A stretch of DNA of 64,000 nt, from positions 14,785-78,784 of the forward strand of contig JACROC010000007.1 of assembly GCA_016214655.1 (NCBI GenBank), read 5' to 3'. This document shows, one piece after another, positions 28,809 to 35,548 of this stretch. Below the pieces are notes generated by a model. The model worked only from the letters and a program-made list of their open reading frames with translations. It did no database searches and was not told where the DNA came from. This stretch comes from Candidatus Harrisonbacteria bacterium. Its GTDB lineage: Bacteria > Patescibacteriota > Minisyncoccia > UBA6257 > 02-FULL-45-10c. A program made the position numbers and the translations under genes. Each line of letters starts with the position of its first letter. Within the stretch, counting starts at the first letter, position 1.

Positions 28809-29609
28809 CTATACTGAAAGTTTCATAACTTTATCAACAAATCTCCACCAATCATCATCTGAAGAAATCACGTCCCAAAAAACCTCCAAGTCCCTTTCCG
28901 TGTATTCCGAAAAGTGCTTTTTGGAAAATCTCTGTCGGCGGTATCGCTGATTAAAGTCGCCCAAAAGAAAATTATACTTCGACTTCGGCCCCTCAATACA
29001 ATTTGATTTCGTAATCGACTCAAGAAATTTTCTCCACCAATCCGAAACTAGAGATACCATACCGCCCCTTAATTCCTTTACCATTTCTTCTGCTAAAATA
29101 GATAATAATTGACGAGATGATTGCGTAAGGCCCTTGCATCCGATATATGCTAAACAAATCGCTGGACGATCATCTTTTAATCGACAACCACCTGGTCCTA
29201 AAAAAACACATTTGCTTCGAGGCTTACCTTCTAAATTTGCCACGCTTTCCTTTGTGTTTTCTGTACACAACCACTCCAAGTCTGGTTCCGGAAATTTGAA
29301 TTTAGGGTTTTTTAAAAGAAGATAAAAGATGTCATGGGCTTTGATCGGCGGATAATTCTGATAACAACATGAACATTCGCCCTCTTGATGTATTTGGGAT
29401 GAGAAGTCGGTCTGTTTAGAAAATATCTCCAAGTGCCTCTTGCGGTAGTTATCTATTCTTTCAATTTCTGGCAGAGGAGGCGGGTTTACTTTTTGAATCA
29501 ATATTCTAGCGAAATCAGCAAATTTATTTAAATTTTCAACGATCTTCCGATAATCAGGCGGATTTGCTTCTAAATACACCCTACCCCCAATCTGCAGATT
29601 TTGAATCAA
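28809..29609 (-). CDS. YkgJ-family (CxxCxxCC-type) putative Zn/Fe-chelating domain protein
   Basis: ECSCCYQNY and CVFLGPGGCRLKDDRPAICLAY match the PF03692-type Cys-cluster pattern. Confidence 0.45.
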   Translation of the reverse strand: MIQNLQIGGRVYLEANPPDYRKIVENLNKFADFARILIQKVNPPPLPEIERIDNYRKRHLEIFSKQTDFSSQIHQEGECSCCYQNYPPIKAHDIFYLLLKNPKFKFPEPDLEWLCTENTKESVANLEGKPRSKCVFLGPGGCRLKDDRPAICLAYIGCKGLTQSSRQLLSILAEEMVKELRGGMVSLVSDWWRKFLESITKSNCIEGPKSKYNFLLGDFNQRYRRQRFSKKHFSEYTERDLEVFWDVISSDDDWWRFVDKVMKLSV

Positions 29610-29640
29610 TATTAATGAAAAAATTAGAAAAAGTCAAATA

Positions 29641-29680
29641 AATCTGGGTCGTCTAGTAAGTGATGTGAGGTCCCGCGCGA
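29641..29680 (+). repeat. cassette-junction repeat, variant 1b
   Basis: aatctgggtcgtctagtaagtgatgtgaggtc; shares tctagt with the tRNA-His end. Confidence 0.55.
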
Positions 29681-29845
29681 ATCTATTTAACGGGCTTATA
29701 AAGTGGAGTTCCTAAAGCCTAATTTTTATCTTGTTGATGCCCTCTACCATTTTTTAATATATATCCTTCAGAAAATAGGTTAAGATTTTCTAGTCAAATC
29801 TTGTGCGATAAAAAATCCGCTCGTTCACGAGCGGATTTGGTTTGG

Positions 29846-30247
29846 CTAACAAGGATTGAAAACTGACCCGGCAATCACTTCTCCGATGGCCATTAAAAGA
29901 AAACCTTCGAAGAAACCTCCTCCAAATATGAAAAAGCTTATTGGAATACCACCAAAAAATAAAATTAATCCTAGAATTCCCATGTATAACCGTATCTGTG
30001 ACGCTGCCTCCGCCAACTTCTTCTGACCAACACAAGCCTTTAGGGCAATCGAATATTTCCAAATCAGTATCATAATAAAAACAGCCAGCGACATAGAAAA
30101 TAAAACAATAACAGTCTCGGCCCAGCTAATAGGCAGAAGGAAAATCAACAGGGCGCCAGCCGGACACACTAGCGTGATTAAAACTGATAAAAAATATAGC
30201 TGTGCTAAATGCTTAGCGGATTTTAGAAATGCTCTCATCGACTTCAT
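29846..30247 (-). CDS. small membrane protein (first cassette next to tRNA-His)
   Basis: real start MKSMRAFL; four TM helices. Confidence 0.5.
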   Translation of the reverse strand: MKSMRAFLKSAKHLAQLYFLSVLITLVCPAGALLIFLLPISWAETVIVLFSMSLAVFIMILIWKYSIALKACVGQKKLAEAASQIRLYMGILGLILFFGGIPISFFIFGGGFFEGFLLMAIGEVIAGSVFNPC

Positions 30248-30265
30248 TTTTGCCCCCCTTTTCAA

Positions 30266-30316
30266 AGAACGTTAACTGCTGATGAATATCATATCAGGAA
30301 ATAAGAATAAAGTTAA
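30266..30316 (-). promoter_or_regulatory. conserved cassette promoter and 5'-UTR module abutting tRNA-His
   Basis: ccctttcaaagaacgttaactgctgatgaatatcatatcagg on + strand, then aaagttaaat and the tRNA 3' end. Confidence 0.6.
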
Positions 30317-30321
30317 ATCTG

Positions 30322-30393
30322 GGTGCCTAGAGAGAATCGAACTCTCGCTACCTCTGCCACAGAGAGGAGTTCTACCATTAAACTATAGGCACC
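30322..30393 (-). tRNA. tRNA-His (GTG), with encoded G-1
   Basis: minus strand G-1 GTGCCTA..CCTCT-CTGTGGC-AGAGG..GAGAG-TTCGATT-CTCTC-TAGGCAC-C; anticodon GTG; G-1:C73. Confidence 0.8.
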
Positions 30394-30483
30394 ATATCTT
30401 TCTGACATCTGACAAATAAGACGCAACACATGACAGATGACTACTAACAATTTACATTTTTTTTTAAAAAAAGTCTAGAAATA

Positions 30484-30510
30484 CGAAAGCCCCAACTGCT
30501 GTTGGGGCCA
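30484..30510 (-). terminator. hairpin terminator after the GC-rich gene
   Basis: agccccaacagcagttggggct plus T-run on minus strand. Confidence 0.45.
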
Positions 30511-30544
30511 CCTGCGAGGACCGCAGGATTTGGAGGGAACTGAG

Positions 30545-30858
30545 TCAGACGACCGCGAGCATCGTGGGGCGATCGGGGATCGCCTTGAAGAAGCCATGGC
30601 CACGGAGGTCCACCCCGTAGTACTTGGCGATCTTCTTGAGCACGCGCCGGCTGACCTTCCGCGGGAAGCGCGCCGCGATCTCATCGCGGACGAACAGTGC
30701 CTGCTCATGGCCGGTGAGCTGCTCCGGCAGCGGCGAGAGCTGCAACCGCACCATGAGCGGCGGCAGCGGCACGATGACGACCGGCTCCTCCACCTTCTTC
30801 CCCTTGGAGATACGAAGGAGATCCAGCAAGCTGCGGCTGATGCTCTTGAGGTTCATGA
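30545..30858 (-). CDS. hypothetical protein in an anomalously GC-rich (about 65%) insert
   Basis: 104 aa from MNLKSISRSLL; strong RBS agagggggtggagtc; palindrome TGAGACAGTAATGTCTCA in its 5' region. Confidence 0.5.
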
Positions 30859-30883
30859 CTCCACCCCCTCTTAACATTCTTGA

Positions 30884-30901
30884 GACATTACTGTCTCACA
30901 T
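30884..30901. promoter_or_regulatory. 6-bp/6-bp palindromic putative operator
   Basis: TGAGACattactGTCTCA between the putative promoter and the RBS of 30545..30858. Confidence 0.4.
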
Positions 30902-30980
30902 CAAAGTACTGATGCCACAATGGATTATTCATCCACCGTAACAATATAAATATAGCATACTTTAATAATTCTGTCAAGTG

Positions 30981-30997
30981 GTCGGACTGCTGGGAAT
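30981..30997 (-). repeat. 17-nt direct repeat of the tRNA-Pro 3' end (att-like)
   Basis: gtcggactgctgggaat identical to 31186-31202 (3' end of tRNA-Pro); the copy continues ..GACCA. Confidence 0.7.
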
Positions 30998-31048
30998 TTC
31001 GCTGCGCTTTTGGCTGGATAGCCCAAAAGCTTGCCGAACCCTTCCGCC

Positions 31049-31125
31049 TCACCCCGACCCCCGCTTAAGACACCTTCGGTTTCTTACGTCGCTTACGCTC
31101 CTATCTTCCTGATACGGGGTGAGGC
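31049..31125. other. long hairpin (10-bp GC stem, 58-nt loop) inside the tRNA-Pro repeat-bounded segment
   Basis: cctcaccccg ... cggggtgagg, followed by a tagttcgattcc T-loop-like sequence. Confidence 0.35.
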
Positions 31126-31186
31126 TAGTTCGATTCCTAAAACAAAAAATAATAAAAACCGAAATTAATTCGGTTTTTATTATTTG

Positions 31187-31257
31187 TCGGACTGCTGGGA
31201 ATCGAACCCAGGCCATATGCTCCCAAAGCATATATACTACCATTATACTACAGTCCG
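31187..31257 (-). tRNA. tRNA-Pro (TGG)
   Basis: CGGACTG acceptor, anticodon loop TTTGGGA, T-arm CTGGG-TTCGATT-CCCAG, discriminator A; terminator aaaaaccgaattaatttcggttttt follows. Confidence 0.8.
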
Positions 31258-31313
31258 AATGTACAAATCGTACTATTTTTAAATCGAAAAATCAAAAGTC
31301 CCGTTTTCCGGGA

Positions 31314-31940
31314 CTAATTATTTAAAAGCTTAATTCCACTCAGCGCAGTCTGAATTGCCAGAAATACAGTAATAGCAGCGAAGACTAAAGATAAAATCGG
31401 ATCGATTAAATTCCAACCCGGTTTTAATATTAAAACCAACCCAGCCAATATCACCACTAACGACTGGCCCAAGTCTACGCCAATATGCCTCATCAGAGCA
31501 GTTTTGGTTATATTCGGCTCTACTATTTTAAAAATGAAAATCATAGATAATCCATTAGCCACAGCCCCGGGAATTGCGAACAGAAGCAATAGGTGACTTT
31601 TAACCGCTATCGGATCAACCATTCTTTCGCCGGCTTCCCTGAAAATCAACGCCGCAGTGGCAAGTAGAATTAAACAACTAATAAAGCTACTGAAAGCCCT
31701 GACTCTCTTTCCGGCGTAATTTTTGGTAGCCACCATCCAAGCAGTCCAAATTGCCAAGAGATGCCCTAAGGAATCTATAAAGACATGAAAGGTATCAGCT
31801 AATAAAGCTACGCTCCCGGAGAGATAGGCGCCGATTAACTGAAAAAAGAAGATCGCTATGCCGATACTAAACGCAATCCAATAAGCTTTCATCTCGCACC
31901 GGCATTCGCCGTTAGAATGACTAAAATGCAGCGGCGACAT
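31314..31940 (-). CDS. cation diffusion facilitator (CDF) family transporter, membrane domain only
   Basis: GSVALLADTFHVFIDSLGH metal-site motif; six TM helices; no cytoplasmic C-terminal domain. Confidence 0.65.
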   Translation of the reverse strand: MSPLHFSHSNGECRCEMKAYWIAFSIGIAIFFFQLIGAYLSGSVALLADTFHVFIDSLGHLLAIWTAWMVATKNYAGKRVRAFSSFISCLILLATAALIFREAGERMVDPIAVKSHLLLLFAIPGAVANGLSMIFIFKIVEPNITKTALMRHIGVDLGQSLVVILAGLVLILKPGWNLIDPILSLVFAAITVFLAIQTALSGIKLLNN

Positions 31941-32019
31941 TGCCCCTCCGCATTTTTCTTGTTATATATTTATTAAAGCTTCTGCTTACATAGTAAAAGA
32001 ATTATAATAAGCAGTCTAT

Positions 32020-32091
32020 GCCCTCGTAGCTTAATGGATAAAGCAGGACTCTTCTAAGGTCTTGATGGGGGTCCGATTCCCTCCGAGGGCA
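32020..32091 (+). tRNA. tRNA-Arg (TCT)
   Basis: GCCCTCG acceptor, anticodon loop CTTCTAA, T-loop TCCGATT, discriminator A; terminator 32104-32136. Confidence 0.75.
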
Positions 32092-32118
32092 CAAAATAAA
32101 AAATAAGGCTCAATCGCC

Positions 32119-32775
32119 TTATTTTTTTGTTTGTTCAGAGACTAACTTTTTGATAACTACTCCAATATCTTTTTGAGATTTCCACATCTCGCGTATTTGG
32201 GCACGCATTTTTTGATGTTGAGGATATCCGATATCTGCCCCTCCGTTCATCAGATCGGAAAATTCAAGATTGAGTAGTTCCGTCAATGATTCCTTGATAT
32301 CGTTGTAAACTAATTTAGAAAGTCCCTTGTCCAACAACTCTTTTCCGAATATATACCAAGTGTAAAAATGCAACAGTTCATGCATTATCGTGTTAGTGGA
32401 AAATTCCGAGCCGATTTTAACAAAAAAATAACTTTTCACGGTATTGTAAGTGCAACGCTCGTTATGCGTCAGATAAATAGTAATAACCGGGACAGTATAA
32501 GAAATCCCAAATATTTTTCCCATTCGTTCAATGAAAATCGGTTCGGCAATTTTCCATCTTTCTTCTATAGCGACAATTTCTTTATTCACGTCAAAGCCGC
32601 TTTCCTTGTCTCGTTCTTGAATAAAAGCTTTGACTTTTTCTGCTTCAAAATTATCGCCGTACTTTTCGGTAAATAAATTTTGAAACTTTGTTGGTTTCTT
32701 GCTGTTTATTGCTTTTGTTCCGTTTATGGTGTTTTCAACATCTTTATCTACGTCGTAAGCAAAATATAATTTCAT
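32119..32775 (-). CDS. HExxH putative metallopeptidase
   Basis: IMHELLHFYTW zinc-binding-like motif; 218 aa; family not assigned. Confidence 0.4.
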   Translation of the reverse strand: MKLYFAYDVDKDVENTINGTKAINSKKPTKFQNLFTEKYGDNFEAEKVKAFIQERDKESGFDVNKEIVAIEERWKIAEPIFIERMGKIFGISYTVPVITIYLTHNERCTYNTVKSYFFVKIGSEFSTNTIMHELLHFYTWYIFGKELLDKGLSKLVYNDIKESLTELLNLEFSDLMNGGADIGYPQHQKMRAQIREMWKSQKDIGVVIKKLVSEQTKK

Positions 32776-32784
32776 AAATTTGTT

Positions 32785-33159
32785 TCAAAATTCTAGCTTT
32801 CTACCTTTGTATTTAAAGGCTTCTTTTAAAAATTTATCTCCGTCTTTTGTGCCGTGTTCAATCATATGACAATTTGCACAAAGCAACATACATTTTTGTA
32901 GCTCAGATTTTATAGAATCCCAGCTTTTATTCGCTACATTGCCAATAGTAAATTCTTTTTCTCGTGGATTCTTGTGATGGAATTGCAATGCCGCTTGATT
33001 GCCACTCCAGTCACATTTTATACATTTATTCCCTAAGTATCTAATCGCGGCTGCCTTAGCTCGAAACCGCCTTATTTTCGTATTACACGATCCGCACCTG
33101 CTTCTTCCCTTTTTTTGATAATCTTTAAATTCATTGCAGCACAATTTACAAATTTCCAT
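32785..33159 (-). CDS. HNH endonuclease with N-terminal zinc ribbon
   Basis: CKLCC..CGSC N-terminal and CIKCDW..HHKNP..N..CANCH HNH core. Confidence 0.65.
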   Translation of the reverse strand: MEICKLCCNEFKDYQKKGRSRCGSCNTKIRRFRAKAAAIRYLGNKCIKCDWSGNQAALQFHHKNPREKEFTIGNVANKSWDSIKSELQKCMLLCANCHMIEHGTKDGDKFLKEAFKYKGRKLEF

Positions 33160-33244
33160 ATATTTCTAGTATAGCATATATTGTTCTACCGAGATAATTA
33201 ATTATTGCAATTCTTTTTATTCTTAGTAATATATTAAATATGAT

Positions 33245-33543
33245 GCCGCGGTAGCTCAGTGGTAGAGCGCAGCCCTAAATTCTTTGGGGCTTTCCATTGT
33301 AAAATGGATTGAAAAATCAGGTGAATTCGGGGAAAACTTTAATCGAGAGATTAAAACAATCCCGAGCCAAGCCGACACACATAATAATTTATGTGCGCGG
33401 AAGGTGTAGAGACTATCCCTTTATGGGAGTAGTCCCGCTCTGCGGGACGAAGCGCCTGACACCCATTAAATAATTGGGTGATGATATAGTCCAAATAGCT
33501 TCGGAAGAGGCTGGCGTCGAGTGTTCGATTCACTCCCGCGGCA
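33245..33543 (+). tRNA. tRNA (probably Phe-GAA) interrupted by a group I intron
   Basis: 5' exon GCCGCGGTAGCTCAGTGGTAGAGCGCAGCCCT; 3' exon GAAGAGGCTGGCGTCGAGTGTTCGATTCACTCCCGCGGCA; acceptor 7/7 bp and anticodon stem CAGCC/GGCTG pair across the insert. Confidence 0.55.
33277..33503 (+). ncRNA. group I intron (about 227 nt) in tRNA anticodon loop
   Basis: P1: exon AGCCCU pairs with internal guide GGGGCU with U.G at the splice site; GGAAGGTGTAGAGACTA and GATATAGTCCAAAT resemble the P3/P7 core of cyanobacterial tRNA-Leu introns; intron ends in G. Confidence 0.5.
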
Positions 33544-33572
33544 CACTTGACAAAATAAATATAGTATGCTAT
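33544..33572 (+). promoter_or_regulatory. consensus sigma70-type promoter
   Basis: TTGACA-17 nt-TATATT directly after the intron-containing tRNA, pointing into the GC-rich region. Confidence 0.45.
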
Positions 33573-33589
33573 ATTATATTTTATACGCT

Positions 33590-34210
33590 GTAGAACCTTG
33601 AAAACAACCAAACCTACCAATTTCCGGCCTCCGGCCACCCTAAATAAGGGTCGCCTGGTGCCGGGAGACGAGACGTGCATCCCCGAAGTGCTTCGATGAG
33701 GAGGCGCCAATGCACTGGCCGTAGCGCTGCCCCTTCCCAGAATGCTGGGGTGGCTAAAAACTGCTTCGGGTGGGAAGGGAGCCTGCTAAACACGAGGAAA
33801 AACCTTGTGTGGGAGGAAAAATGGACTGGCCCTAGTAAGGCCTAAGTAAAAAATGCCAGCCTATAACTCGGCTGGCACCCTTTGACTGAAAATCAACAGC
33901 CGACGGAGGATACTTGCGCCAACCAAGAATCACGGAAGAATGGGACCTGCGGGTCATCGATGATCCCCAATTCCTCTGCGTTCCGAGAGAAGAATTGGAA
34001 GACGAGGAACTGGGAGCGCGAAACCAACGGCAACCGCAGGACTATATCCCCCTTGAGTTGATCTCTGGGGAGAATATCGATGGATGCTGCCGCTGGCTAG
34101 TCTCGGACAACGCCCGGTACGGAGCGCGGGATCCACTGGAGATCCTACTTCGGAGAGAAGCGCGCCGCGAAAGAAGGAAACAGAAGCAACACCGTCCATA
34201 ACTCCTGCTT
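33590..34210 (+). other. GC-rich (about 57%) noncoding-looking region; candidate large structured RNA or foreign insert
   Basis: GC content far above flanks; many local stems (ccggcctccggcc, cccag/ctggg); only weak ORFs (33914..34201 lacks an RBS). Confidence 0.3.
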
Positions 34211-34215
34211 AGAAT

Positions 34216-34298
34216 GGGCTGGTGGCGGAATGGCAGACGCGGGGGACTTAAAATCCCCTGTCCGTAGGGACATATGGGTTCGACTCCCATCCTGCCCA
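34216..34298 (+). tRNA. tRNA-Leu (TAA)
   Basis: anticodon stem GGGGA/TCCCC, loop CTTAAAA, long variable arm TGTCCGTAGGGACAT, T-loop TTCGACT; one U-U mismatch in the acceptor stem. Confidence 0.7.
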
Positions 34299-34380
34299 TT
34301 GTAGGCAGAAACGATCAGCGGCTGATCTAAAATGCCGAACCCCGACAGAAATGTCGGGGTCATTTTTTATGAGATTATTA

Positions 34381-34980
34381 TTAAGATGAGTTTCGGACTA
34401 AATCGTCAAAAAGTTTCATTTTTTGGTTATATAAATCATTTAATTTATTAATCTCTTTAGTCTCTCCGTTCATTGTTTCTATTAATGCCTGAACGCTGGT
34501 ATTGTCTTTAAGATCCCCGGAAAATTTCAAAACCAGGGTTTGAAGCAAGCTGTTAAGAACATCATTATAGACTATCAGATGAGTTATAAGCGATACCTCG
34601 TGGCCAACCGCTTCCATTACAACATTTCTCGCTTTTACCGGTTTAATACCGGCCGCCGAGCGGGCCATCTTATCTAATTCGGCGGTAAGGCTGATAGCTT
34701 TTTTCCGGGATTCTTGGGCTTGATCAAGTTCTGCCCTAACCAATTCCAATGCCTTGTTAAATCGGTTACGCCGATCTGCCTCGGAAATTTCACTCAATCT
34801 AGCAAGAGATTCTTCCGCGGATTTTACAATATCCTTAGCAATTAATGCCCCCTGCCTTCTGGCCTCTGTAAAATTATCCGGCACAAAACCTATGCCGATC
34901 AAATAATAACCGGTAAAATAAAACGCTACAATAAGAAGCGCCAATGTGACTGTTCTTTTCATACTCTTTCTTAAAGTCAT
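34381..34980 (-). CDS. membrane-anchored coiled-coil protein
   Basis: N-terminal TM then charged helical region. Confidence 0.45.
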   Translation of the reverse strand: MTLRKSMKRTVTLALLIVAFYFTGYYLIGIGFVPDNFTEARRQGALIAKDIVKSAEESLARLSEISEADRRNRFNKALELVRAELDQAQESRKKAISLTAELDKMARSAAGIKPVKARNVVMEAVGHEVSLITHLIVYNDVLNSLLQTLVLKFSGDLKDNTSVQALIETMNGETKEINKLNDLYNQKMKLFDDLVRNSS

Positions 34981-35069
34981 TTAATCCATTATAAGCCCGG
35001 AAAAGGGGTTTTGAAAAGGCCTTTATTTATTAAAAAATTTTGGATATAATAAATTCTAATCTCACAAAA

Positions 35070-35144
35070 GCGGGTATCGTATAGCGGCTATTATGTCACC
35101 CTTCCAAGGTGAAGATGCGGGTTCGACTCCCGCTACCCGCTCCA
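35070..35144 (+). tRNA. tRNA-Gly (TCC), CCA encoded
   Basis: GCGGGTA acceptor, anticodon stem TCACC/GGTGA with loop CTTCCAA, T-arm GCGGG-TTCGACT-CCCGC, ends TCCA. Confidence 0.8.
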
Positions 35145-35164
35145 GCTAATCAATTTTAATAATT

Positions 35165-35446
35165 ATGGCTAACGACAAACTCCATAGAAAATCAATAACT
35201 GCTGTATTCTTTTTGATGGCAGCTGGAATTTCCCTATTTCTCTATACTCCGAAAAGAAATTCTGGCGGCTTTGTTGAAGAAGCGCGGCCAAAAGCCAACC
35301 TAGCCAACATCCAAGAACAGCTGCAGGGGCCAGCTTCTCCGGCCCTCGAGGGATTCAAGAATCTATCAAAAGAAGCCGAGGGTGTATATTCAGAAACAAC
35401 GGAAACCGGAAGCCCAGCCGACCAACTCTTGCCTCAGGTAGAATAA
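35165..35446 (+). CDS. small secreted/TM protein
   Basis: 93 aa with N-terminal TM; terminator 35472-35500. Confidence 0.4.
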   Translation: MANDKLHRKSITAVFFLMAAGISLFLYTPKRNSGGFVEEARPKANLANIQEQLQGPASPALEGFKNLSKEAEGVYSETTETGSPADQLLPQVE

Positions 35447-35548
35447 TCTTGTATAATATATAAAAATATGGAAATCCGTGCCAAATCTGGTACGGATTTT
35501 AAATTTTATCATTATAGTGAGATATAATGGTAATAGAGGACGGGAAAA

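Noticed and set aside
9294-30393. Classical integron with attC sites carrying the GTTRRRY core
   Set aside because: The junction repeats contain GTTAGAAC, but neither strand fits the GTTRRRY/RYYYAAC pair properly. There is no intI or attI, and the anchor is a tRNA gene. The array is integron-like in architecture only.
31049-31140. An additional tRNA or pseudo-tRNA from the GTTCGATTCC T-loop-like sequence
   Set aside because: No T-stem, anticodon arm or acceptor pairing can be drawn around it. It sits at the end of a long hairpin inside the tRNA-Pro repeat-bounded segment.
33914-34201. 95-aa plus-strand ORF in the GC-rich region as a real gene
   Set aside because: It has no Shine-Dalgarno, and is overlapped by equally long minus-strand ORFs. 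Its composition is driven by the GC-rich DNA. It is kept only as a possibility within the candidate-ncRNA finding.
33590-34210. RNase P RNA or a second group I intron
   Set aside because: Could not find the P4 strands (AGGAAAGUCCGG / ACAGAA.CCGGCUUA with correct spacing). Only loose resemblances were seen (GGAGGAAA, GUAAG, ACAGAA). It is left as an unassigned GC-rich region.
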